Origin: Botryllus schlosseri
Lineage: Eukaryota
Assembly (NCBI GenBank): GCA_051294905.1
Contig: CM119371.1
Coordinates: 5,458,001 to 5,522,000, forward strand
Direction of reading: 5' to 3'
DNA length: 64,000 nt
Positions 12,003 to 24,375 of the stretch are shown here, in pieces; the stretch's first letter is position 1; every line of letters begins with the position of its first letter. Below the pieces are notes generated by a model. The model was not told where the DNA came from and ran no database searches. It worked only from the letters and a program-made list of their open reading frames with translations. Both the position numbers and the translations under genes were made by a program.

Positions 12003-12519
12003 CAGTGGTTCTTCAACGTTTACGACCACTACCCGAATCTGAGTGACATTACCATCTCGCGACTTAAGCCTCACTTATCGAAATGAATGCATGTCTATTG
12101 CTAGTATGCTTCACTTTTCACGGGCATGTCCGAAATGGTTAAAATGCAGACAAGCAGCTGCACACAACGGAGTTTTATGAAACATGATTAAATACAATAC
12201 CAATAATAGTCGTTGATCTCACATGAAATTCATCTTTCAGGATATTATTTATATACAACTCTACTTGATGAGCACTTCTCTACACGCGAACTAATTGCAG
12301 CCACTTCTTAAGATTAGAGTCACCATGCTTAGTCCTGTCGTTGATCTGTAAATGCCCCCGTCTCGCCTAGAAGGCTCCAAGTTGAAATTCATTTCAAGTT
12401 AATTGAACGGCTTTGCCGACAGGAAAGGCTCTGGCATCAATCCACCAAAGATGCATATGCATGAGAGGTCCACGAGGGTCGGTGGCGATACGGGAAGACA
12501 AAAAGGTCGAGAACCACCG
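12003..12519. mobile_element. Old Charlie/Buster-like hAT MITE
   Basis: Imperfect TIRs CAGTGGTTCTTCAAC / GTCGAGAACCACCG. TSD not conserved. Confidence 0.5.
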
Positions 12520-12532
12520 ATCTAATAGGAAT

Positions 12533-13254
12533 GGTTGCCGGAGAACCCGTCCCTACCAACTCGGCCCTCGGAGAACCCGGCCCTTGGAGAACCCGGCCCT
12601 CGGTGAATTCCTCGGGAAATTTAGAAATTAAGTGTATTCACAAGTATTAATATGAATTAATAAAGTAATAATGTTATTATCAACTGATTTGTCGGTCTTG
12701 TAAGGAGGTCAGGGCATGCGTGGGATATTAGGGTTGCGGGGGGGTGGGATATTAGGGTTGCTGGGGGTGGGATATTAGGGTTGCCGGGGATGGGATATTA
12801 GGGTTGCCGGGGGTGGGATATTAGGGTTGCCGGGGGTGGGATATTAGGGTTGGTGGAGGTGGGATATTAGGGTTGCCGGAGGTGGGATATTAGGGTTGGG
12901 GGAGGGGGATATTAGGGTTGGGGGAGGGGGATATTAGGGTTGGGGGAGGATATTAGGGTTAGGGTTAGGATATTAGGGTTGCCGGGGGTGGGATATTAGG
13001 GTTGGTGGAGGTGGGATATTAGGGTTGCCGGTGAATACAATATTTCCCGAGGGCTGGTTTCATATTTAATGCATTTTTAATACAAAATTGTTCGCGGGCC
13101 GCATTCTCCGAGGTCCAGAGTAGTCGAAAAACACCGTGAATACCACAACAAGTAGACCACGCGTGCTTGATATGCAAAATTACCCGAGGGCCGGGTTCTC
13201 CAAGGGCCGAGTGGGTAGGGACGGGTTCTCCAAGGGACGGGTTCTCTGGTAATC
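12533..13254. mobile_element. Unclassified non-autonomous DNA transposon (GG-terminated, 8-bp TSD) carrying a TTAGGG minisatellite
   Basis: TIRs GGTTGCCGGAGAACCCGTCCCT / AGGGACGGGTTCTCTGGTAATC. Exact TSD ATAGGAAT. Homologous to 28240-29129. Confidence 0.9.
12721..13031 (+). repeat. G-rich 21-24-bp minisatellite (GGGATATTAGGGTTGCCGGGGGT), about 14 units
   Basis: Directly visible. Includes TTAGGGTTAGGGTTAGG near 12953-12969. Confidence 0.95.
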
Positions 13255-13312
13255 ATAGGAATGTATCTCTGTTTCTTAGACGGCTCAAGTGCTTACATTA
13301 CGCAGTGCTTAC

Positions 13313-13460
13313 CTTCACCAACTTTCTTGTATAATTTAAATTGAATGAATATAGTTTATGCTTTCAAATTCTCACCGACATGTAGCTGAGTAGTGTATTG
13401 TACCATAGCAATTTGTTTCAACACCTCGAGCCTTCGTATTCGATCCTCCATTTTGACTGA
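13313..13460 (-). promoter_or_regulatory. Putative non-coding first exon/promoter of ZNF-B
   Basis: Minus-strand donor AAG|GTAAGC (13312-13307) and YY1-like CAAAATGGAGG (13455-13445). It could splice to the acceptor at 11748. Inference only. Confidence 0.4.
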
Positions 13461-13496
13461 TAATAACAGACTGTATGGCATGTAGTTATACAGTTA

Positions 13497-14433
13497 CCGT
13501 AATTTTCCATGTATAATCCGCAAAATTTACACGATTTTTTGCCCTAAAATCGGGGGGTGCGTATTATACAGGGGAACAACACGCTTGAAAAAAATCTCCC
13601 TCGATAAAAAACTTGAAATCACACCTTTCTTCATGTTTGTTTCCAATCACGCATCACTTTCAGCCATCGCGGGTAGTAATTCGTATTAAAGAGTGTGACG
13701 CGCTGCCAATTAAGGGAAGCGCGTTTCTAATTAACGAGAGCCGTGCGCACAATCACGCGATCTCCGGCTGAGTTGGTTTACCGTTTGTACGCGAGCGAAA
13801 TGAGGTCAGCAATAGAAACTCGCACGCGGCAATTCTCGCCAATTCATCGCGTCAACGACAGGCCCGAACAATCGCATATACAAGAGGCCATGTGCGCAAG
13901 ATATAATCGCTTGCGTAATCAGTCGCATCTCCAACAGAACTGTTGCGCATGACATAACCGTTAGCCTAGGCGCAATCGCATCTGTAATAGGCATCATGCT
14001 CAAGATGTCGGTTCGTTGGCCTAAACTAACTCGCCGTCGGCCTCGCAGGCTTTGGCTGCCATCTACTATCGTTTAAAGACAATACCGTTAATTGTATAAT
14101 GATTAGCAATCGCATATGTAAAAGGTCTCCTCGTGCTCAAGATGTCGTGTCGCTAGCCTGAACTATCGTGCCGCCAGCCTCGCAGGCTTTGGCTGCTATC
14201 TGCTATCGTTTAAAGACAATCCCGCTAACTGTATAATGATTAGCGATCGTCGTGTAATGACTCAACAGTGACATCGCAAAACAGAATGACATCGTATACG
14301 AAATCGGAACTATTCATGTACTGAAATGCAGGGTGCGTACTATACATGGGTACAGGCTTTTCCCCAGAATTTACATGCTATTTTAGGGTGCGTATTATAC
14401 ACGGCCGGGCGTACTATACTTGGAAAATTACGG
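13497..14433. mobile_element. Tc1/mariner (pogo/Tc2-like) non-autonomous element
   Basis: TA-CCGTAATTTTCCATGTATA ... TATACTTGGAAAATTACGG(G)-TA. GGGTGCGTATTATAC subterminal motifs. Internal duplication of about 135 bp (about 13972-14245). Confidence 0.85.
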
Positions 14434-14495
14434 GTACTCACGTATTATTTAGCAGTTCCGCGTGTTGGGGAGCGATACAATGCCTTTTTGCATGT

Positions 14496-15955
14496 ATAGT
14501 TAACTTTATATTCGTTATTTGATTCACGGATAAATGGTCATTTTGGTCAATTAATCTGTCTTTCACACAGTCAGCAAAATGTAACGACTTTTCATCACTA
14601 CTCGTAAATGAAATTCGACTTGAATCGTGACTTTACTTGAGTCACCCCCAAGATACAAATGACTTGATTTGACTCGAGTCTAAACGTGCAATGACACGAG
14701 ATGAAGCGTGACTCGAATGTAGTGACATGATTCCAACAATGGCTCTAATGCAGGTTCTAATCTAATCTGTGAAATGTGTGTATGCGCTCATTTTATTCCA
14801 TGTCTGCAGTCTGGTTTTATTGAAAATGCTACAGGAGAACTGTATCGTGTGATACGAACCAAGCTAACAGCACCCACATTTCCATAAGTATGAGAATGAG
14901 CTCTGATATGATATGAGATTAAATTGATTCAACTACCGAGTTTTCACGACTTCAGCATCAGTAACTCTATGTCTAATCTAATCTAATTGGGAAATTTGAA
15001 AAATGTGTAGCTAGCTGGCTAACTTTAAAAAGGAAGAAAGTTTTGTAGTTGTCCAAGTCTGCCCTAAACCCACTACAATAAATTTTAGCATGTTTGCCTG
15101 AAACACTTATTGGTGATGGCCATACTGTTCTGGATAGAAAAGGACACAAAGGTGGTCAATCAGTAAATCTGAATTGAGTATTAGGCTTCGAGTCAAGTTG
15201 GCTATTCGAGTATCCTTCATTGTAGCGACATAACAATAAGAAAGATGTATTAAGTACAGATATGTACCGTTTATGCAAGCACAAAGTGTATAATGACAGC
15301 TTTATATCATTATAAAGTTTTTTAGACCATAACCAAAATAGCATCGAAACTATAATTCTTGTTGGTAAGTTACTGCTTAATGGCAAGGATCATATGATTT
15401 CGATACTAATAAAAACATCCCTTATTATCCTTATCAAATCATTGAAATACTGATGCCAACTGCCCACTGCCCAGCCATAGCAATAACTATTGTAGCGCTT
15501 TTCAGATCATCTTTGGAGCTTACCAAATATTTAGCTTCGCCAGACCCAAATATAGCTTTTGGTTTGATATAGCCTAGTTAACTCTGCAACTGTGCAATAA
15601 TACAGGCTCATTAACCCGCTCAATCCAGTTTTATAGATGGAATTTCTTATCGGAAATAGTAACACATTTACACATTTTTTATAATCCAACATTTCGTACT
15701 CTACTACTTCTATGGGTTGAAATTGAGGCATATGCATCATCCAATATTTTTGTAATTTCATGTGGGAGCCAGTACAATTTCAATGAAATTCCTGATTGTT
15801 GCAAAGTTGCGACCTTAATACTCTAACAAACTTGGCAATTTCATCAACTAGGCAGTAAAATTCAAAACACAAGTGATTTTCAAACAACCCCACCAGTCAG
15901 CACACTATACACAGCCCAAATAATACAACACTGTAATAGGAGCAGGAATATTGGC
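14496..15955 (+). repeat. Segmental duplicate of 62079-64000 (region upstream of ZNF-B)
   Basis: Collinear similarity from ATAGTTAACTTTATATTCGTTAT to CTGTAATAGGAGCAGGAATATTGGC. Confidence 0.88.
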
Positions 15956-17030
15956 AGAATCCCAAATAGATATATCCTAGAACAGTAGTTCTTCCAACTT
16001 TTTGAGACTCTCCTCCTTAGTCAATATTAATACTTTTCACCACCCACTTATCAGCAAATCAAAAGGCAAGGTATTGTTGAAGCTATAATTCATTATAGCA
16101 TTGCTTCTTGACCTTTTCTAACCAACCTGATGACCCAATACAATAGTCTGCAAGACTTCGGCAAACCACAAAACCAAAATCTATCTCATTACACAACTGA
16201 TGTATTACTTTAGAATATTGGTGCGCAAAATCATCTGTGCATAAACAACAACGTGAAAATTACAAATTACAAAACCATTAATAAATGATTTTCACAGAAA
16301 AACAAAAAATATTAATGAAGATTTAGTGCAAATAAGGGCGACTTCTGCTGTGTGAGTCTGGTGTGTGTCTTGACCCCAGCGTACCTTCCCGAGACTGGCT
16401 CAGCGTGACCCTGGGGTTTGTGTGATTGAAAAAATAAAATTTGTATCATATTGTCATCATATGCTCAAATATGTATCATGGTTTGTCACTTCCACTTAAT
16501 AAGAGATAGAGCTGTGACATTTGGATTTGATGTGGTAGTTAAGGCGAAAGAAGCATGATTTGATAGTGATTTTCATGTTACATATTTTTTTAGTTACATA
16601 TTTTTTTAGTTATCTTGTTTCGTTATGCGTTATGGCTTTCAATCAATACGGGAATTGAAATATATGAATTGTCCACTTCCAGCCCAGCTTTATACCAGTA
16701 TATACAACCTGTTGGTAACTGTGACAATAGTTGAGGTTTGTAGGATATGAATGGCATTTATTGATTCAATACAGACAGCGGCCCATACCTCACCAACCCC
16801 CGGCCCATACCTCGTAGCCTATTTTTTATTTACAAAAATGATGAACTGGTACAAAATTTGATGTCACTTCCAAATACATGGATATTTTAGCTTAATTCTA
16901 CCAGTAATAGTTAGCCATATAACTGATGACCGTCTATACCGAAATTTAGGAATACTGGGCCAAGTTTGGCCAAGTTATAGCTTTGTAAGATTTGGTGGCC
17001 CATACCTACCCACTCTCCCCTACTTGGTAA

Positions 17031-20000
17031 CACTAATTGGTCTTCAAGACTTCTTTTGGTAAAAAACGATTTGAGACCAAATTTATTTAATTTTATGCTC
17101 TTGGCCCATGTCAACTTTCCGGTCTCATTTTCAAAACCACAAACCATGTTGTTTCTTGATTAGCGAAATCCGACTTGAAAACAAGACCAAAAATACTGAC
17201 ACATCAAAAAATGTCTCAAAAAGTCAGTTATGTCTTGTGCTCTTGGCCCATGTCAACTTTCCGCTCTCATTTATAAGACCACAAATCATGTCATTTCTTG
17301 ATTAGTGAAATTTGTCTTAGAAACAAGACCAAAAATACCAGTGGCGGCTCGTGACAATATCGGGTGGTGGGGCAAGGGCTGCGAGCGACTTTTATCAACA
17401 TGACGTCACAATGGCGTTTTCCAACGTAAAAAAGTAACTTTATGATGGTCACATGAATTTCCCGACAACAGTGATTTTAACTTAGGTGCCGCGAGAGGTT
17501 TGCCGGTGAGCCGCGACTTGAAGTGTGGTAACAAATGTTTTATTCATTTATTTTTAATCAAAGGAATATTTTACAAAATGTACGTGAACTAAGAATCGTC
17601 CCTATGCCACGAATCAAGTATCAGGTCATCCTTAGTAGCATGCGTTTTGATTTCATGGTAGAGTTATAGATTACGCAAATCGATAGACCCTAAAATCCGA
17701 CCGTCACCCCAAATTCGAAATCCGGATCCAGTCCGGCCAGGTAAAAATACATTGAAATCCTGCTCCTGCTCCTGAACCGGACTGTGGCCATCTCTGGTTA
17801 CGACCAGGTGATAATAGGCAACCAAAGCGGAGGCACCCGGCGTACGATTGGATCAATAGACTGGACAACTTCTAGACCTCTCATTTTCGCTCTAAAGGCA
17901 ACTGCGTAAACTACGTACGGAATAAAGATTCAATACAATTCATGTTCGCACTTGACTTGACCTGACTAATTCCAATGACTAGAACTCGAGAGATTGCGTA
18001 AGCCTAACTGGAAAGGTCAACGAGTTCGGACACATACGCAATTGTTATCTCATAGATTGGGCCTGTCATATTGAATCCAGAACATCAATTTGAATGGTAT
18101 TTGAAGAACTAAGGACAGCAGCCTCGGAACTTTGGTCTCGGAACAACGTAGGACATTTTGGCCTTGAAACTGGAGACTGTGACACAACACATACGGCTTA
18201 CTGTCTATAAGTCTGCTGCGAAATCGCCGTTGGAAAATATATTAATATATAAATACATGAATAAAAGCCGTAACTTAGTATACTGTTACAAGAAATCATC
18301 GAGAAGTAGCATACGCAATCTCATAACCCATTCCGGTATGGTACACTGTCAAAATCAATGCAAACAGACGAACACCGAACTTTGAGTAAAATAGATCGAG
18401 GAATAGGCTGATCGAATGATCAGCTGTTAGCCGACATCGAAAATGAAATAGCTATCGCAATTGACAGGGGATTGTAAGCAAATGGTTTGAAGGCCACAAT
18501 TTCACAGTGAAATGGACATTGGCGAACATAAAATTATGCGAATACTTGAATGCAAACCGAGAATCTTGGTTAGCTGTTTCATGCGATCATCGAGATATAC
18601 CATTGGAAATATCATCACCGATCTCGTTATGGAACGCAGACTATAGATTAGCACAGACCGACACCGGCTTTTGCGTGAGATCCGCAATGACGTAGGTAGG
18701 CTAAGTATCAGATCAGCGCGCATCTCTACCATACTCGACCTCGAAAACGAAATAACTGCCTCAATCATTGAGTGTCAACTTTAAGACTTGGCACCGCGTT
18801 CGATACTAAAATCAAGACATACCGTGTGAAAGCTCATGACAGATCTAGGTATGGAACATCGTTAAAATCAATAGAGACCAATAACGGCTTTTGCGTAAAT
18901 TTGTTGGCGATAAATGAAGAGTCAGCTCTTACTCGACTTTGGAAACGAAATTACCACCCACATAGTTCAGTGACAAACTTAAAACTTGTTACATCGGTCG
19001 ATACTAACACTTACCGTGCCAAATGTCATGACCGATCTCGGTATAGAACATCGTCAAAATCAATGGAGACCAATACCGGCTTTTGAGTAAAATCCGTTTG
19101 CTGTACTATGTACATGATAGATCAGCACACACTGAACTTCGGAAACGGAATTACTACCATTATCTTTAAGTAGCAAGCCTGAAACTTGGAGCAGTGTTAA
19201 ATACTACCTTCACGACATATCATACCAAGTTTCAAGAATTATCATGGTGCGAAACACCGTCAAAATCGACCTATACCAGCAAAGGTCGACTCAACGCCAT
19301 ATTACGGTAACCGAGTTCAGATATAGATACGATTGTTACATCACACCTTAGGGGCGAGTAGGCATAGTTGCCCCGGTTGCTCGGCCATTTTACGAATAGG
19401 AGAGAGTAAATCACCGTTTCTTTATTGTGCGCGGCTTTGAGAGAATAGATAGTGAAAGCTTGTTATGAGCGCTACCGGGGCAAGCCCCGGCTAGGCATTC
19501 ACAAAGCGAAAACACAGAAGAGAATTCGATTTTCGCAGAGACTTCGCTATGTATGGGCGTTTGCAAGCGAAAGCACAAGAAGAACGCGGGTTTCGCTGTG
19601 ATCTCGGTATATATTGATTGCTGTGCGTCTATAAATGGTTAAATTGTTATTGAACAGAATTTTAGGTGGGGCAATGCCCCAGTTGCCCTATAGGACGAGC
19701 CGCCACTGAAAAATACTGACACATCAAAAACTGCCTCAATAAGCTTGTTATGTCTTAGAGCTCCTGACCCATGTCAACTTTCCGGTCTCATTTTTAAGAC
19801 CACAAATCATGTTGCTACTTGATTAGCGAAATCTGTCTTGAAAACAAGACCAAAAATACTGACACATCAGAAATTGTCTCATTAAGCTAGTTACGTCTTA
19901 GAGCTCCTGACCCATGTCAACTTTCCGGTCTCATTTTTAAGACCACAAATCATGTCGTTTCTTGATTAGCGAAATTTGTCTAAAAACAAGACCAAAAATA

Positions 20001-20233
20001 CTGACACATCAAAAACTGTCTTAATACGCACAATATGTCTTATGAGATGCGTTTTATTAGTCTCATTTTTAAGACCAAATAATTGTGACGATTATATATG
20101 GTCTTAAACAGCTGAATCAGTCTCAATTTTAAGACCTCAATTCATCAGTGAGACTGAAATTGCCGAAAACGAGACCAAATCGTTCTCATTTCTTAAATTT
20201 GAGACCAAATTTGTCTAATTTTTTTTTGTAGTG
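17031..20233. mobile_element. CACTA/EnSpm-type non-autonomous element with about 142-bp internal tandem repeats
   Basis: Right end reads CACTACAAAAAAAA on the minus strand (20233). GGTCTC/GAGACC motifs. Unit CCCATGTCAACTTTCCGGTCTC..CAAGACCAAAAATACTGACACATC repeated 4 times. Left end uncertain. Confidence 0.6.
17339..19708. mobile_element. Non-autonomous hAT element nested in the CACTA repeat array
   Basis: TIRs CAGTGGCGGCTCGT / ACGAGCCGCCACTG. Exact TSD AAAAATAC interrupting one repeat unit. Confidence 0.93.
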
Positions 20234-21081
20234 CATGCAATGATATCACAGACAAAAGAGATATTAGCCTCAACTGGCAGGACAACTACGGCTGGACAAA
20301 ATCGAGAGCTTGAGTTATTCCATTCTGAATTGAGAATTAGGTTTTGAGTGGAATTAGGCATTCGAGTATCACTCATTTCGACGTCACAACAACATGAAAG
20401 GCGGGAATTTCAAAAACGAATCTTTCATGTGACCACAAAGACTACAATACCAGTTCTACTTCACAGTACAGATTATTTGGTATTTTGCGACCATACCGCT
20501 ATCCATTATATTGCAGCTTGTAACAATGCTGTGGCTTGATCATGAATTCAAAAAATGTCATTTCCTGTAATGATTGGAAAACTTCAAGTATCATATGTTT
20601 TGTATGCTGCGATTGTTGTTGATGAATTAACTTTTGTTGGCAAAGAGCGTATAATTTCCATGGTAATCAAAAATCATCTTTCACTACCTGACTCAAATCA
20701 TAAGAATTGTTAATAGAGTGATATTCCAGTTCTCAAATCATTGTGCTCAGGCTCCAGAGCTAGTATAATATCATTATCATGATTCACCATCGAGATGCTT
20801 TGACGGCGGAGTTGCGATATGCCCGTTAGGTCATCTAGTCTGTGCCCCTGTTTCTTTCTCCTCTGTGCTATTCCTGATTGGCTGAAACGGCTGACCTTTT
20901 TGTTACAAAAGTGAGCGAAATTAGAGTTCCAGCCGAAAATTTGATCTTCTTTTTAGTCAACCCGCCGGTGATTACAGTTTGTATGCATAATTTTCGGTAC
21001 ACAAAATTTGGGGGGCGATGATCGGTGTTGACCTTGAAAGGGGGCGATGGGTCGAAAAAGGTTGGGAAACACTGTCTAGAG

Positions 21082-21987
21082 CAGGGCCAGCCAACCCGTG
21101 GCCCGCGAGAAGGTTTAGAGTGGCCCGCGAAGTAATTTCCGAAATTTCTAACATCACCAAAATGGATTGCACACATTGTAAACTTGCAAGGTCAAACAAA
21201 TATTTCATTAGTGTCTGGCACTTGAGATGTGATGACTAAAATAAAAGTTCCGGCGCTTTGGCAGATCCATCAGCCAGTCACATATTGGTAGATATTCGTA
21301 CACTACAATAAAGCAGAATAATTTGCAATGGGTTTATCAAATGTAACAATTTTGGACAAGCTTCGCGCAACATGTTGTCACTTGATTTCTTGTTTTTGAT
21401 ATTGTTGCCCCTTTGTGAAAATGAAAGAACGCCTAATGTATCAGATTGAGTCTAACTATATTCGCGATTACGAGAAAAAGTGTCGTTCAACATATGCGAC
21501 CTTGCGTTTGCGCTCGAAGTAAGACCGTCGACTGTGAAACCTAGGCATAAAATAGTGACGCATTTCCTATATCCAAGTGTTGGAGGTTTTTCTCGGCTAC
21601 TCCTCGCCACCTCATCCGCGTAAGCGGTGTCTTACAAAAAGCTTAGAAGTGGGCCGTGCTGTAAGTCGGCAGTTACGGAATATAAATAAAGAATATCGAT
21701 CTGGTGTAAATGACCATAGTAGTCGACAAACACCATGAATACCTCAAAACCAACCAAGCAATTGACGCATGTTGGTCGCAGCTTTCGATATCTATATGTC
21801 CAGGCACCGCATAGCCCAGTCCTCGCAAATTTAGCCCAGCGAAATACAGCAGGCCCGCAATATAGTCAACTGACAATATTATTGACCTATGAACTTAAAA
21901 AAAGTTCGCGCTTCGCGCGGCTGGTGGCCCGCGCAATAGTTCGTCAATCGAATGTGGCCCTTTGGCTGAAAAGGTTGGTCTGCCCTG
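21082..21987. mobile_element. Non-autonomous hAT family X copy 2 (inverted relative to 5053-5763)
   Basis: TIRs CAGGGCCAGCCAAC / GTTGGTCTGCCCTG. Exact TSD GTCTAGAG. Confidence 0.93.
21564..21762 (+). mobile_element. 5'-truncated SINE inserted in family X copy 2
   Basis: Absent from copy 1. Flanked by a TGACGCAT duplication. Body matches the SINE at 28052-29226. (CAAC/CAAA)n tail. Confidence 0.8.
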
Positions 21988-22979
21988 GTCTAGAGTAATT
22001 TGCCTCTAGTATAAAACCCCTGATTCGAGAGAATCTGCAGACGGTTCAGAAACTGTTACTGATTTACTGCAGAAAGTCCAGTTCTAATTGATAGTTTCAT
22101 TGAGCGACTAGTTATATTTGGAAATTTTGTAAAATGATTTCAATTTTAGTTCTACATCAAGTTGCGTATTTTCAAAATCCAGTGCTCAGTTGATATGTAC
22201 ATGTCTGAAAAGCACTATTATCCCAATGCAAAATCCACCACATACTAAGCTATCTGAATGGGCCTGACTACAGTACTGACTGACAACTTCCCATAATACC
22301 CACCTGCCAATATCTGTGCTAATGTCGTAAGTTTGGCCAATAATGCCGCAACTGAACGATGAGCGTTAAGCAGGCAACGCGCGATTGTAAAGCTTTCGAA
22401 AGCGCCGTACAACAGTGATGAGCGGACTGTAATATTTTTCGGTCCAAGTCCGGTCCTGAAAATTTTCAATTCAGTCCTAGTCCATCCTGATCCAAAAGTA
22501 TTTTCAAAATTTACTGTCCAAGTCCGGTCCTGAAAATTTTCAATTCAGTCCTACTCCATCCTGATCCAAAAATATTTGCCAGATTCTCAGTCCAACTCCA
22601 TCCTGATCCAAAAAAATTTCAAAATATAAAGTCCAATTCTACAACTGAAAAAACAGGACATGTTAGGGCCGTTATAAACACTGCACACCCAATTCGATTC
22701 AATTCCAGCTTGTAGAAGCGAAGTTATAACACGAGAATTTTCAATATACTACAAAGTATACACATTTTTGATAGTGGCTGCCCGTCCCTACGAAGTTTTG
22801 TAAGAAATTGGTGCATTACATGTTTAATTCAATTCCAACCAATGGAAGCGTTAAATTGTGGTATTTACTGTGGGAAATTCTTTCATCAATAATTATAGCT
22901 CTACAACCCTATTTTGAACAGCTACTTGGAGGTACAGAACTTGAATATACTATTGACTGATATATTCATATGGAGATTT

Positions 22980-23142
22980 ACCCAAACATTTTCGGCAGAC
23001 ACTCATTAAGAGATAATCGTCAGCAACTAGTAGAGAATTGGAAAGAACCTTGTATATCAACAATTGTATCACAAAATATGACAGGCAAAAATATGTCATC
23101 CGAAAATATCCGGGTTCATTCCAATATGAATATACTATTCAA
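22980..23142. mobile_element. Degenerate Penelope-like pseudo-LTR fragments in inverted arrangement
   Basis: 22980-23083 matches the pLTR of 48181-48326 in minus orientation. 23094-23142 matches its 3' part in plus orientation. Confidence 0.7.
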
Positions 23143-23499
23143 CACTACACCTACACCGATTCGAATCCAACCAGTAGCATCTTTAGCCAGTAAATTTGAA
23201 AAAGAAGTTTTTCTATTCAACACTAATGTAGCCTACGGTACTTATACAAAACAAATCACTAACATATTCATTTTCAGGGGTCACTATACAAAAAACTTGC
23301 CATAGTAGTTTGTTCCATTAGCACATAAAATATTATAGCCGAATCACAATATATAGGTGAGCAACTGCTACTGCCCAAATATCTTGTGAAATACTGCCAA
23401 ATTATCTCAAGTATGCTGATGTGTTGCAATAGGCATTAAGCATTATATATATATCGACTTTTCAATTAGAGTAAAATGAAAAGGGCAATAGTTTAACTT

Positions 23500-23718
23500 T
23501 TGCATTTACGCTAATCCTCAGGGATCTTGGTTGAGGCTTCGGGTCCCCGGCGCCGCCCGGCAGATCCCAGTCTTTCTGTTGATATTGTCCAACTCGGCGA
23601 GTACGCAGTAACTTAAGGTAGTAAAGTCTTCGTCGCACTTTGCGACTTGGTCTACTCTGTTCTTTACTGCCTATACTGCGCAGCACGTCCAAGCTGTACG
23701 TAATCATGACACAATCAG
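23500..23718 (-). mobile_element. 5' end of an L2/CR1-like LINE, split by the MULE; its leader continues at about 33323-33380
   Basis: MITYSLDVLRSIG..RKVRRRL..R-rich N-terminus resembles L2-type ORF starts. Removing the MULE joins it to a leader GTCGCCGAGTGCAGACGTGT. Confidence 0.45.
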
Positions 23719-24375
23719 GGGCAACTCTAAACGGCGGAACGAGCGGACTGCGGAACTAGCGGAACTTGCGATACTAAACGGCGGACCAAGCGGAACTGCG
23801 GACCGAGCGGACCGTAACAAAATAGCTCAATACTAAATGGCGGACCGCGGAACAGCGGAACATGTAATACTAAACAGCGGACCGAGCGGAACTGCGGACC
23901 GGGCGGACCATACGAAAATAGCCCAATACTAAACGGCGGACCGCGGAACATGTAATACTAAACGGCGGGCGGAGCGGAACTGCGGACCGGCGGACTATCA
24001 CAAAATTTGCAATGTAAACGGCGGACTACGGATCAGGCGCATCTCGTAATTTTCTCAAGTTATCTTTTCCTGGACTTTGATGAAGCTTATATTTTGCTGA
24101 AAATTTTGTCAAGTAGTTTTATTTTGTCAAGTAATGTAATTCTTCAACGTCTAGTTATGAGTTACGACACAATTTTACTTTATTCCATGTCGTTTTGTAC
24201 TTTATATGTTTTGTATTTCTAAAATGCAGTTAACTTTTAATGGTCATGACATCGTAATCTGTTGACACCGGACCACAGTGTCAGTTCTATAATAGAACTT
24301 CTATAAGCAATTTCATCATTTCAAAAGACTGCAACACTGCGATACAATGAAAAGATAGGAAGTTGTCGAATAGAC

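Noticed and set aside
15490..15770. Possible methyltransferase-like pseudo-exon in the duplicated block (paralogue about 63510-63800)
   Set aside because: Resemblance is limited to LRLVKPKTIFES in one copy, and frames are not conserved between copies. Needs blastx.
15983..21074. One large Charlie-type element pairing CAGTAGTTCTTCCAAC with GTTGGGAAACACTG
   Set aside because: The TIR match is loose and the flanks give no convincing TSD.
23719..24050. CRISPR-like arrays (also 12721-13031, 32962-33313, 42408-42920)
   Set aside because: Tandem or modular repeats without unique spacers, no cas genes, and a eukaryotic TE context.
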